DNA of 34,852 bases from Deinococcales bacterium (GCA_043778225.1 JAYWGM010000030.1:1-34852); one strand, 5' to 3'. Counted from the first letter of the stretch, positions 8,604 to 17,662 are shown. Program-made: numbers and translations. The notes: a model not told the origin generated them from the letters alone.

Positions 8604-9569
8604 ATGCCACGCAAAAAGAAAGAAATTGAAGAAGTGACCGAAGAAAGTTTAATTCCAGACGAAACCGATTTGGATGAAGATACACTTTCCATGAGCCAAA
8701 CTGATGATTTGTCCATGACTGAGGACGAAGACAGCGACGAGGATTACGAATTGGCAACCGAAGCCGACCTCGAAGGCTTAGACGAAGAAGCGGTCAGTGG
8801 AATCGAATTACAACTTGGTATTTTAACCGCTCGAATCGAAGAACTGACCACAATTGTGCGTAAACTCGAGAAAAAACTCGAGAAAGCTGCCATTGGCGAT
8901 AGCCCAGCCCCAGTCAAGCGCGAGGGTGGTTTTGGACGCGAAGGCGGCGGTTTTGGTGGCGGAAATCGTGATGGCGGAGGCTTTAAGCCCCGCGAAGGTG
9001 GCTTCAAGCCCCGTGAAGGCGGTAGCAGTTTCCGTCCTCGAGAAGGCGGCAGCAGCTTTGGTGGGGGAAGCCGTGATGGTGGCAGTTTCCGTCCACGTGA
9101 AGGTGGCGGCAGCCGTGACGGTGGATTCCGTCCCCGTGACGATTCACGTCCTCCGCGTGAAGGTGGCTTTAAGCCCCGCGAAGGTGGTAGCAGCTTCGGT
9201 GGCGGTAGCCGCGATGGTGGTTTCAAACCACGCGAAGGTGGATTCCGTCCCCGTGATGATTCACGCCCTCCACGCGAAGGTGGCGGTTTTAGCAGCGCTC
9301 CTCGAGAAGGCGGATTCCGTCCGCGTGACGGTGGCAGCAGCGCCCCTCGAGAAGGTGGCTTTAGACCCCGCGACGGCAGTAGCAGCGCCCCACGTGAAGG
9401 CGGCGGTTTTGGACGCGGTTTCGGCGGCAGCAGCGCTCCGCGTGAAGGTGGCTTCAGACCGCGTGACGATTCGCGCCCAGCCCGTGATGATTCCCGAGGC
9501 TCGAGCAGCCCAAGTGGTTTTGGTGGCAAACGCCGCGACCACGGGTTTTCTAAGCGCCGCGAAGATTAA
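8604..9569 (+). CDS. low-complexity protein: acidic N-terminus, short coiled coil, long F(R/K)PR(E/D)GG repeat tail
   Basis: RBS AGGAG at 8595-8599 before ATG 8604 (MPRKKKE). The repeats vary at synonymous positions, and a terminator follows the stop. Confidence 0.8.
   Translation: MPRKKKEIEEVTEESLIPDETDLDEDTLSMSQTDDLSMTEDEDSDEDYELATEADLEGLDEEAVSGIELQLGILTARIEELTTIVRKLEKKLEKAAIGDSPAPVKREGGFGREGGGFGGGNRDGGGFKPREGGFKPREGGSSFRPREGGSSFGGGSRDGGSFRPREGGGSRDGGFRPRDDSRPPREGGFKPREGGSSFGGGSRDGGFKPREGGFRPRDDSRPPREGGGFSSAPREGGFRPRDGGSSAPREGGFRPRDGSSSAPREGGGFGRGFGGSSAPREGGFRPRDDSRPARDDSRGSSSPSGFGGKRRDHGFSKRRED
8920..9500 (+). repeat. coding degenerate tandem repeats (PREGG / FRPRDDSRP units)
   Basis: Recurrent CG(C/T/A)GAAGG(T/C)GG(C/A/T) units and a duplicated GGATTCCGTCCCCGTGA(C/T)GATTCACG block. 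Confidence 0.85.
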
Positions 9570-9585
9570 ACAGCTTTGTTTTGTC

Positions 9586-9613
9586 AATCCCATCTCTCGA
9601 GGTGGGATTTTTT
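9586..9613 (+). terminator. intrinsic terminator
   Basis: AATCCCATC-TCTCGA-GGTGGGATT hairpin followed by a T-run, 16 nt after the stop at 9569. Confidence 0.8.
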
Positions 9614-9696
9614 GTTGAGTGCTTTACACAACCTACTCATCTTGGTGTATCATCCTATGCTGCGGCTCGAGGAGGTCGCTGAACGTATTCACCACA

Positions 9697-9890
9697 GGGA
9701 AGCGCAAGGTCTCGAGGACGCATCGGTCAAACGATTTCTCACTCGAGAACACGAGGTAGACGTTATCGAAAAGCAGTGAATTAAATCACTGAAATCTGCG
9801 GATGCGTCTCGGCTGCACACCCCAGCCGCCCGAACCAAGAAGCACTTAGAAAATGCGTCGTGAGACGAACACAAACTAAGGTGCAGGGAA
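9697..9890 (+). ncRNA. glmS ribozyme (glucosamine-6-phosphate-activated self-cleaving riboswitch), variant
   Basis: Cleavage motif A|GCGC (A9701/G9702). P1 is TCTCGAG 9710-9716 with CTCGAGA 9742-9748. Conserved ACGAGG, TTATCGAA and GCGGATG segments are present. P2 AGACGT/GCGTCT; P3 CGGCTG/CAGCCG; P4 GCACTTAG/CTAAG-GTGC; P4.1 CGTC-GTGA-GACG (GNRA loop). Directly upstream of glmS. Confidence 0.92.
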
Positions 9891-9941
9891 AAAATCCAGA
9901 CTCGAGAATTGCTCGAGTTGACGTATTTGTGAGGTTTTTTG

Positions 9942-11762
9942 ATGTGTGGAATTGTTGGTTATATTGGAACGCGGAACGCTACCCAAGTGCTGCTTTCAGG
10001 TCTTTCTAAACTTGAGTACCGTGGCTATGACTCTTCGGGTGTGGCAGTCCACGATGGTACAAATTTGGTGGTGCGAAAAAACGCTGGCAAACTGGCGGTG
10101 CTGCAAGGAGAACTCGAGCAGCAAAACTTAATCGGTACGCTCGGCATCGGGCATACACGCTGGGCAACCCATGGTAAGCCAAACGATGTCAACGCTCATC
10201 CGCACGCTTCCGAAGATGGGCAGATTGTGATTATCCACAATGGAATTATCGAAAATTATCTGCCCCTAAAAGAAGGCTTGATGGTTCGCGGTCATGTTTT
10301 TAAGTCCGAAACGGATTCCGAAGTTTTGGCGCATTTAATCGAGGAAAAATACACGGGTAATCTCGAGGAAGCTGTACGGGCTGCCTTATCCGAGGTTCGC
10401 GGCGCGTATGGAATTGTTGTGACTCACAAAAATCACCGTGAAATTGTGGCTGCCAGAACCGTTTCGCCACTGGTCATGGGTGTGGGAATAGGGGAGATGT
10501 TTTTGGCTTCCGATGTTCCAGCCCTGCTCTCTTACACTCGAGAAGTTGTTTTTCTGCACGATGGTGACATGGTGGTGTTGACCGACTCGAGTTACCGCAT
10601 CATGGACTTGGCTGGCAAGGCTGTGGCTCGAGATGTGACCCACATTGACTGGGATGCCGAAGCTGCCGAAAAAGGTGGTTTTGACACCTATATGCTTAAA
10701 GAAATCTATGAGCAGCCGCAAGCGCTCTCGAACACACTTTTGGGGCGTTTGCACGACGAGACTGGCGAGGTTAATTTAGAACTGAACCTTGACCCAGCCA
10801 GTTTTAAGCGAATATCTATCATTGCTTGTGGTACTGCCTTTTATGCTGGTTTGGTCGGCGAGTATTTGATCGAACAATTGGCTCGAGTTCCGGTCGAAAT
10901 AGATGTTGCTTCTGAGTACCGCTATCGTCAGCCGTTGGTTTCTGAAAATACCTTAGCGATTGTTATCTCGCAAAGTGGCGAAACCATAGATACCCTTGAA
11001 GCCTTGCGTGAAGCCAAGAAAAGCGGCGCAAAAACCCTTGGAATTATCAATGCCAAAGGCAGCAGCATGACTCGAGAAGTAGACGATACGCTCTACATTC
11101 ATGCTGGACCAGAAATTGGTGTGGCAAGCACCAAGGCATACACCAGCATGGTCAGTGCAATGCTGATGCTGGCATTGTGGCTTGGACGCGCTCGAGGCAC
11201 ACTGGATGCCGTCAAAGGCGCAGAACTGATTCGCAGCGCTCGAGAACTGCCGCGCTTGGTCGAAGAAGCCCTGTCCGAAACTCGAGTTGCCAACATCAAA
11301 CGGGTGGCAGAAAAATACAAAGATGCTCGAGACTATTTATTTTTGGGGCGTGGCGTGAACAGCCCAACGGCTTATGAGGGCGCACTAAAACTTAAAGAGA
11401 TTAGTTATATTCATGCCGAAGCCTATGCTGCTGGCGAAATGAAACATGGACCGATTGCCTTGATAGACGAAAACCTGCCCGTCGTGGTAATTGCCACCGA
11501 CAGCGTGCTGCTCGAGAAGACCATCTCAAACATCCAAGAAGTCCGCGCTCGAGGTGGTCGGGTTATTGCCGTGGTGAGTGATGGTGATACCGAAGCCAGC
11601 CGTCATGCCGATGACATTATTATTGTGCCAAAAAGCCATGAGATGGTCTCGCCGGTGGTCAATGCTGTAGCCATGCAGCTTTTGGCGTACTTTACAGCCA
11701 CAGCCCTAGGTAAGGACGTGGATAAACCACGCAACTTAGCTAAATCCGTGACGGTGGAGTAA
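9942..11762 (+). CDS. glmS: glutamine--fructose-6-phosphate transaminase (isomerizing)
   Basis: N-terminal MCGIVG, LEYRGYDS, GHTRWATHG, HNGIIEN, SQSGET, ASTKA, EMKHGP and C-terminal PRNLAKSVTVE. RBS GAGG at 9931. Confidence 0.98.
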   Translation: MCGIVGYIGTRNATQVLLSGLSKLEYRGYDSSGVAVHDGTNLVVRKNAGKLAVLQGELEQQNLIGTLGIGHTRWATHGKPNDVNAHPHASEDGQIVIIHNGIIENYLPLKEGLMVRGHVFKSETDSEVLAHLIEEKYTGNLEEAVRAALSEVRGAYGIVVTHKNHREIVAARTVSPLVMGVGIGEMFLASDVPALLSYTREVVFLHDGDMVVLTDSSYRIMDLAGKAVARDVTHIDWDAEAAEKGGFDTYMLKEIYEQPQALSNTLLGRLHDETGEVNLELNLDPASFKRISIIACGTAFYAGLVGEYLIEQLARVPVEIDVASEYRYRQPLVSENTLAIVISQSGETIDTLEALREAKKSGAKTLGIINAKGSSMTREVDDTLYIHAGPEIGVASTKAYTSMVSAMLMLALWLGRARGTLDAVKGAELIRSARELPRLVEEALSETRVANIKRVAEKYKDARDYLFLGRGVNSPTAYEGALKLKEISYIHAEAYAAGEMKHGPIALIDENLPVVVIATDSVLLEKTISNIQEVRARGGRVIAVVSDGDTEASRHADDIIIVPKSHEMVSPVVNAVAMQLLAYFTATALGKDVDKPRNLAKSVTVE

Positions 11763-11764
11763 CC

Positions 11765-12538
11765 TCAGAGCCGTATGATACTGGTGGCTTGAGAAGCCTG
11801 TATTTCAATCAGTACCGCGCCAAGTTCAACTGTTCCTGTCGCTAATTTCATTGGTTGTCTGACATACCCTTGGGTGCGGAATCGCTCGGCAAACGAAGCT
11901 GGGTTGTAACCTTGAGCGCCGCCACTTGGTCCGGTCATACCAACATCGCTGACATAGGCAACACCACCCTCGAGAATCCGGGTATCGAGGGTGGGTACAT
12001 GGGTGTGGGTACCCAATAACGCACTGATTTGACCTGATAGCGCATAGGCAATCGAAATTTTTTCAAAGACACTTTCACCATGAAAGTCTATTAAAATCCC
12101 GTCTAGCTCAGTATCTCGCCAAGCCTCGAGTTGAGCTTCGATAGCCAAGAACGGTGTGTCTACATCGGCAATGGCACTGCGGCTGGCAATGTTCATCACG
12201 CCTAATTTCAGTCCATTCTGCTTGAGCATTATTGCGCCTCGTCCAGCCCAGTTTTTACCGCGATTTAATGGGCGCAGCACGTACTCGAGGTCGTGAACGG
12301 TTCTGCCTTCGCTGCCATCCCAAGAGTGATTTCCGCCTGTGATGGCTTGGACACCCAAAGCATGGAGTCGTTCAACAGCATTTTTGGTTAGTCCAGCCCC
12401 AGAGTCGTTTTCGGCTAGGTTTTCGCCATTTGCCACAATAAAATCTGGGTTGTGCTGGGTTTTTAAGGCTGGGAGGTGTTGCTCGAGATACTCGAGTCCT
12501 GCGTTTCCAACAATATCGCCAATAAATAATAATTTCAT
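11765..12538 (-). CDS. YmdB/TIGR00282-family metallophosphoesterase (phosphodiesterase)
   Basis: MKLLFIGDIVG, ANGEN, TGGNH, RPLN, DFHGE, GTHTHV and SDVGMTG motifs. Start at ATG 12538 after an AAGGA RBS. Confidence 0.9.
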   Translation of the reverse strand: MKLLFIGDIVGNAGLEYLEQHLPALKTQHNPDFIVANGENLAENDSGAGLTKNAVERLHALGVQAITGGNHSWDGSEGRTVHDLEYVLRPLNRGKNWAGRGAIMLKQNGLKLGVMNIASRSAIADVDTPFLAIEAQLEAWRDTELDGILIDFHGESVFEKISIAYALSGQISALLGTHTHVPTLDTRILEGGVAYVSDVGMTGPSGGAQGYNPASFAERFRTQGYVRQPMKLATGTVELGAVLIEIQASQATSIIRL

Positions 12539-12540
12539 GG

Positions 12541-13356
12541 TTATCCTTTGACTGCTCCGTCGGTAAATGTAGCCAATAAGCCTTTGCGAACCAGCAAAAA
12601 CAAAACAATCGTGGGCAAGTTGGTCAGCACCGAAGCTGCCATTAAAGCACCCCAGTCGTTGCCGCCTTCGCCACCCGCAAAGCGTTGCACGCCAACGGTG
12701 AGGGTATAGACCCGTGGACTCGAGGCAATCAGCATGGGCCAAATCAGTTGATTCCAGCTTTGAATAAATAAGTAAATGCCTAACGAAACAATCGCAGCCA
12801 TGTTCGCAGGCACAAGTACGCGCCACAGCACTTGGCTGCTGCTTGCGCCGTCCACCACCGCAGCCTCGAGAATGCTGCTGGGAAATGCCCTAAAGTGCTG
12901 ACGCAGTAAGAAAACACTGTAACCACTGCCTAAGAACGGCAGGATCATGCCGGGCAGTGTGCCGAGTAAATTCCAACTGGCGATGGTCAGGTAATTGGGA
13001 ATGTAAGTAATCACAAATGGAATCATCATGGATAGTACAATTAACGAGAAAAGTAGGTTTTGTCCGTAAAATTGGCGGTGACTAAAGGCATAGGCGGCTG
13101 GAATCGCTAGTCCAATCTGACCAAGGGTGACTGCGCCCGAAAACAGTAAGCTATTAAGTAAGTACAAACCCATTGGTAAGCGGTTCAACACCCCTTGATA
13201 ATGCTCGAGCGTCGGTTGTAAGGGAAATGGGCTGAGGGGATTGCCAAAGAACTCGGTGGGCGATTTGAAGCTCAGTCCGACTTGGTAGACCAACGGCAGC
13301 AGCAACAAAGCCGTGGCAAAAATTAGTGTAACTCGAGCCATATTTCTAGCGTTCAT
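12541..13356 (-). CDS. carbohydrate ABC permease (UgpE/MalG-like)
   Basis: Hydrophobic helices, EAA loop (LEAAVVDGAS) and WNQLIWP. Confidence 0.9.
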   Translation of the reverse strand: MNARNMARVTLIFATALLLLPLVYQVGLSFKSPTEFFGNPLSPFPLQPTLEHYQGVLNRLPMGLYLLNSLLFSGAVTLGQIGLAIPAAYAFSHRQFYGQNLLFSLIVLSMMIPFVITYIPNYLTIASWNLLGTLPGMILPFLGSGYSVFLLRQHFRAFPSSILEAAVVDGASSSQVLWRVLVPANMAAIVSLGIYLFIQSWNQLIWPMLIASSPRVYTLTVGVQRFAGGEGGNDWGALMAASVLTNLPTIVLFLLVRKGLLATFTDGAVKG

Positions 13357-14215
13357 AAGAAACTCGCTTCTCGAGCAAACGAAATTGCCAGAAAATTAGG
13401 GCAGCAAACGCAGCGATTAAAAGCACCGATAGCGCCGCCGCTCGTCCAGCCCTAAAGAACTTAAAGCCTTCGTTATAAACTGTATACATTAGGTTATCGG
13501 TTGCGCCCGCAGGACCACCAACGGTCAGCACTTCGATGGGAACAAAAACCTGCTCGAGCGACTGTAATAAGGTTGACACCAACAAGAAAATTGCACTTGG
13601 CGCAAACAGTGGCAGGATGATAAAATAAATTAAATTCCAACCACTCGCACCATCCACCCGGGCTGCCTCGAGAAATTCTTTGGGAATGGCACGCAGTCCA
13701 GCCAAGGCAATTAAGTAATTAAAGCCCAAAAACTTCCAATTGGCAACCAAGGACACCGCCGGTAATGCCAAACTCGGGTCATTCAGCCAAGCAGGTCGTG
13801 GCAATTGCAGCGCCCCAAGAATCGCATTAAATAAACCACCTGCCGGCAAATAAAACCACAACCAAATCAGTGTGCCAATAGAAACAGCAATCACGGCTGG
13901 AATAAAAAGCAGTGTCTGGTAAACTTCGGCTTCACGGCTCGAGACTTGCAGGGTTAAAAGCGCTAAACCTATTGGCAGTAAAAAATTCCCAATCAATGCC
14001 AAACCCATGTAGTACAGGCTTTGCAGCAGCATCGTCACAAAATCAGGTGTTTTTATAATCTCGAGGTAATTGTCAAAGCCAATAAATTCGCGTTTAGGAT
14101 TGACCAAATTCCATTCAAAGAAACTGATAAAAACCGTGCGGAAAAGTGGATAGAAGACAAAAAGTGCCAGTGGGATAAAGACTGGCACAACAAACCAAAG
14201 GGGTTTTACTTGCAC
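13346..14215 (-). CDS. carbohydrate ABC permease (UgpA/MalF-like)
   Basis: FIGFDNY, EAA loop (LEAARVDGAS), GGPAGAT and YNEGF motifs. Confidence 0.9.
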   Translation of the reverse strand: MQVKPLWFVVPVFIPLALFVFYPLFRTVFISFFEWNLVNPKREFIGFDNYLEIIKTPDFVTMLLQSLYYMGLALIGNFLLPIGLALLTLQVSSREAEVYQTLLFIPAVIAVSIGTLIWLWFYLPAGGLFNAILGALQLPRPAWLNDPSLALPAVSLVANWKFLGFNYLIALAGLRAIPKEFLEAARVDGASGWNLIYFIILPLFAPSAIFLLVSTLLQSLEQVFVPIEVLTVGGPAGATDNLMYTVYNEGFKFFRAGRAAALSVLLIAAFAALIFWQFRLLEKRVSYER

Positions 14216-15480
14216 TTCTCCCCAGCAATCAAACGATTAACCTCGAGCGCTGCATTTTTTAGGGTAACTTCGGCAGTGGCTTGCCCAGACAAGGCTTGCT
14301 GCACACCCTTAAATAAGGCTTGACCGGCGGCTAAACCATTTGCTCCAGGCAGGCTGGTCCAACGAATCGTGTTGCCAAGTTGTTTGATGCCCACTTGTTG
14401 AATTGGGTTTTGGGCAATAAAATCCTTTAAGTACCTCGAGTCCAAACTGAGGCTTGGCAAAAGCGGCACATAACCCGTTCCCTTGGTCCACGTGCTAAAA
14501 CCGCTTCCTGAAGTCAGGTATTGAATAAATTTCCACGCTGCCGTTTGTTTGGCAGGGTCTTTGGCAAAGCTAACCAGCACATTGCCACCACCAGGAATCC
14601 GCACGGGTTTGTTGCCAAAACGCGGGTAAGGGATACCGCGCAATTCAAATTTGGCATTCTTTTGGTAATTGGCTCGAGATGCAATGGTCGTAAAATGCAC
14701 CAGTGTTTCGCCAGCCAAGAATGCCTGTTCGCCTTGTTGATAATTGGCGTTTAACCACGTGCCGTTCTTGACCAAATCCGACCAGAGTTGTAGCGCAGTT
14801 GCACCTTCTTTACTATCAAACACAGCTTTTTGCATTCCGTTCTGGCACTCGAGGATATTGCCGCCGTTGCTCGAGACCAGCCCTTCGATACTCCAGTTAT
14901 CGTCGTTGTAACCCATTGAAATGGCGTATTTACCAGTTTTGGCTTTGATTTCTGGGGCGAGTTTGCGCCAAGCCTCCCAAGTGTTGGGGAGTTTATTCAG
15001 GTCTAAACCTGCTTTTTTTGCCAAATCGGTGTTGACATAACCGATCATGTTAGAAAGCGAGTACGGCAGCCCAACCAAATCTGTGCCGACTGTGCCAAGG
15101 GCAAAAACGCTTTTAGGGAAGGTCTCGAGGTGCTTTGTGCCACCGTTCTGAGCCGCAAGTTTGCGAATTTCTTGGAACGGCAGGTTCTCCGAGACATAAT
15201 TGGTGTACAAATAGCCAACTTGCACCACTTCGGGTGGGTTGCCACCAGCAATCGCGGCTTGGGTGTTTTGCAATAAACCGGTGTAACCCGTTTGCGCTCG
15301 AGATTCGATTTTGATGCTTGGATTGGCTTTTTCAAACGAAGCAATTAAATCACGCACGGCAGGAGCGCCAAAGGCTTCGGTATTGATATTCCAATACCCG
15401 ATGGTGGTGACAGAATTTTGCGAGAAAGCCACTGCCCCAAAAGCCAGCAACAAACCCATTCCTAAAAACCGTTTTTTCAT
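14206..15480 (-). CDS. ABC substrate-binding protein (UgpB-like, CUT1)
   Basis: Signal peptide MKKRFLG...AFS, LPYSLSN, AAWKFIQYL and TGYVP. RBS GGAGG precedes ATG 15480. Confidence 0.88.
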   Translation of the reverse strand: MKKRFLGMGLLLAFGAVAFSQNSVTTIGYWNINTEAFGAPAVRDLIASFEKANPSIKIESRAQTGYTGLLQNTQAAIAGGNPPEVVQVGYLYTNYVSENLPFQEIRKLAAQNGGTKHLETFPKSVFALGTVGTDLVGLPYSLSNMIGYVNTDLAKKAGLDLNKLPNTWEAWRKLAPEIKAKTGKYAISMGYNDDNWSIEGLVSSNGGNILECQNGMQKAVFDSKEGATALQLWSDLVKNGTWLNANYQQGEQAFLAGETLVHFTTIASRANYQKNAKFELRGIPYPRFGNKPVRIPGGGNVLVSFAKDPAKQTAAWKFIQYLTSGSGFSTWTKGTGYVPLLPSLSLDSRYLKDFIAQNPIQQVGIKQLGNTIRWTSLPGANGLAAGQALFKGVQQALSGQATAEVTLKNAALEVNRLIAGEKCK

Positions 15481-15492
15481 AAAAACCTCCAC

Positions 15493-15537
15493 TTGTTATT
15501 TCTGCTCAGTAGAAATATAATTCTGCTGTGAAGAAAG
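15493..15537 (+). promoter_or_regulatory. iclR promoter (TTGTTA-17-TATAAT, leaderless) with a palindromic IclR-type operator
   Basis: TTGTTA 15493-15498, TATAAT 15516-15521 and GTG 6 nt later. The inverted repeat TATTTCTGCT-C-AGTAGAAATA (15497-15517) fills the spacer, and a degenerate second copy lies at about 15519-15537. Confidence 0.7.
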
Positions 15538-16334
15538 CATACTCAGCCATTGTCAAGCCATCGTCAGACGCAGCCCTCGACTCGGCAACCAACAAATCAA
15601 GTACGGTTCAGGTCGTTAGCACCGCACTAGAACTGCTCGAGCAAATATCAGAATTACAACCGGTCGGGCTTTCTAGCCTCAGTCAAGAAGCTGGACTTAG
15701 CCTTAACCAGACCTTTCGACTGCTGGCAACCCTCGAGTCAAGCGGTTACTTGGTACGCGACGAACAAAAACGTTACTCGCTTGGGGCAAAACTGCATCTG
15801 TTGGGGTCTCGAGCGCCAATTTTTGAGAACCTGATTCAAGCGGCTGCGCCATACATGGATGCACTCTCGGAACTCAGTGGCGAATCGGTTTTACTGGCTG
15901 TTCGGGTCGGACTCGAGCGCATGGTGGTTGCCAAACGTGAAGCCAAGCATTCGTTGCGGGTCGAGTGGGCTATTGGATCGAGATTACCGCTTTATGTTGG
16001 TGGGCTTGGCTTGGCATTACTAGCTTTCTCGAGCCAAAGTATTCAAAAAGAAGTGCTGAAACAAAAACGCACTGCCTTTACTAATAAAACGCTGGTGAAC
16101 TCCCAAGAATTATCACTCGAGATTGCTCAGATTCGCCAAAACCTAATTCGAGTTTCAATAGACGATTATGCGATTGGAGAATTTGCCATTGCTGCGCCAA
16201 TTGTAGCCAACGAAAAGCTGTTTGGCGCAATCAACATTGCGGGATTTACAGCCCGTTTAACTGCCCAAAAACAAAAACTCTACCAGACTGCCTTAAAAAA
16301 AGCGGCTCGAGAAATTGCGGCAATTTTAAGCTGA
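15528..16334 (+). CDS. IclR-family transcriptional regulator
   Basis: N-terminal HTH (ALELLE...TFRLLATL...GYL...YSLG), ELSGES, GSRLPLY and AIAAPI effector domain. Confidence 0.92.
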   Translation: MKKAYSAIVKPSSDAALDSATNKSSTVQVVSTALELLEQISELQPVGLSSLSQEAGLSLNQTFRLLATLESSGYLVRDEQKRYSLGAKLHLLGSRAPIFENLIQAAAPYMDALSELSGESVLLAVRVGLERMVVAKREAKHSLRVEWAIGSRLPLYVGGLGLALLAFSSQSIQKEVLKQKRTAFTNKTLVNSQELSLEIAQIRQNLIRVSIDDYAIGEFAIAAPIVANEKLFGAINIAGFTARLTAQKQKLYQTALKKAAREIAAILS

Positions 16335-16384
16335 CAAATGGCTGACCATGCCAAGACACCACCCTGACAGATGAACTTCAGACT
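16332..16384 (+). promoter_or_regulatory. four 11-bp-periodic direct repeats (Pho-box/OmpR-like) ahead of a -10-like CAGACT
   Basis: TGACA 16332, TGACC 16343, AGACA 16354 and TGACA 16365, then 9 nt to CAGACT 16379-16384. Confidence 0.6.
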
Positions 16385-16406
16385 GCAATTCTCAATGGAG
16401 GTTCGT

Positions 16407-17519
16407 ATGAATAAGCGTACTGTACTGGTTTCATCTTTGGTGCTGCTCGGGCTAACCGCAGTTCTGGCGCAAGGCAAAACCACCACTCTTAACTTTTACT
16501 CGAGCGGTGATGTCAACGTTAAAAGCCTATGGGAAAACAACCTGATTCCGATGTACGAAAAAGCCACCCCGAACGTCAAAATCAATCTGATTTTCTCGCA
16601 GAGCGGCGTGGGAAACCAAGCCACGATAGACCGTTTGGCGGCGGCTAAAAAAACTGGGCAAGTCTCTGGCGTTGACTTAATAGAAGGACCAGTTGGCGAT
16701 GCTGGCGACGCTGGCTTACTGACCAAGCTCGACAGCAAAAAGATTTTTCGTTTAACCCGAGTCGAAGAAAATGTCTTTGCTCGGCTTAACGGCTTTGGAA
16801 TGCCCTACCGAGGCTCGAGTGTGGTGCTTGCTTACGACAGCAATAAGGTTAGCAAACCACCGCTTACAGTCGAGAGTTTACTGGCTTGGGTGGCAAAAAA
16901 TCCTGGGCAATTCACCTATAACACCCCAGATACAGGCGGCAGTGGCAATGCCTTTGTGACCCGAATTTTACGCATGGGTATCGAAAGTACCGATGCCAGA
17001 ACCTTTGAAACTGGCTATGACCCTGCTTTAATTAAACAATGGGACAAGGGATTTGAAGTCCTTAAAAACCTGAATAAATCCTTGTACAACAACGGGCAAT
17101 TTTCAAAGAACAACGCCGAAACGATTCAGTTGCTTGCCAAAGGCGCGATTACTTTAGGCCCAGTCTGGTCAGACCAAGGTTTAAGCGCCTTGACCAACGG
17201 TATTCTGCCAGCCAACATTAAACTGGCGCAAATTAACCCACCATTTTACGGTGGCAGTTCTTACCTTGGTGTCGTGGCTGATAGCCCTAACCAAGTATCT
17301 TCGTTTAAGTTCCTAAACTGGTTGCTGACTGAAGAAATCCAAACCATTATTACCGAAAAAATGAATGGCTATCCTGGCATCAAAGTTATTTTCATGCCCG
17401 ACGCTGTTCGCAATAAATTCAAAGCCTTGGCAAAAACCTTTTCTTTTGGTTTCTCGAGCAAATATGTTGCCGATATGAACCGTTTGTGGTACGAAAAAGT
17501 GGCTGGCACACCCAAATAA
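16407..17519 (+). CDS. ABC substrate-binding protein (PotD/YnjB-like fold)
   Basis: RBS GGAGG, signal peptide, PYRGSSVVLAYD, NPGQFTY..P..GGSG and FLNWLL. Leads a permease-permease-ATPase operon. Confidence 0.88.
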   Translation: MNKRTVLVSSLVLLGLTAVLAQGKTTTLNFYSSGDVNVKSLWENNLIPMYEKATPNVKINLIFSQSGVGNQATIDRLAAAKKTGQVSGVDLIEGPVGDAGDAGLLTKLDSKKIFRLTRVEENVFARLNGFGMPYRGSSVVLAYDSNKVSKPPLTVESLLAWVAKNPGQFTYNTPDTGGSGNAFVTRILRMGIESTDARTFETGYDPALIKQWDKGFEVLKNLNKSLYNNGQFSKNNAETIQLLAKGAITLGPVWSDQGLSALTNGILPANIKLAQINPPFYGGSSYLGVVADSPNQVSSFKFLNWLLTEEIQTIITEKMNGYPGIKVIFMPDAVRNKFKALAKTFSFGFSSKYVADMNRLWYEKVAGTPK

Positions 17520-17579
17520 TGATTTCGATCGAACTTGTCAATACAAAAGCAATTATGATTACTGTTACAAATGTTTTTT

Positions 17580-17605
17580 GTAGGGGCGAACCTTGTGTTC
17601 GCCCT
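17580..17605 (+). repeat. GTAG-type REP-like palindrome
   Basis: GTAG-GGGCGAAC-CTTGT-GTTCGCCC in the SBP-permease intergenic region. Confidence 0.65.
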
Positions 17606-17662
17606 GCTTTGAAATTGGTACGTGAGTTCCCTCGTCAAACGCTTGACTACTTTAGGTGATTG

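Noticed and set aside
8920..9500. Possible CRISPR array
   Set aside because: The repeats are in-frame, degenerate at third positions and lack unique spacers, and there are no cas genes in the window.
8744..9618. Long alternative-frame and antisense ORFs (261, 254 and 110 aa)
   Set aside because: Shadows of the GC-rich repeat gene; only the 8604 frame has an RBS and a codon pattern consistent with selection.
9576..9874. Small ORFs 9576-9779 (+) and 9689-9874 (-)
   Set aside because: They overlap a terminator and the glmS ribozyme, which explain the sequence.
12539..12826. 96-aa N-terminal extension of the YmdB-like ORF
   Set aside because: It overlaps the upstream permease; the family starts at MKLLFIGD, which has an RBS.
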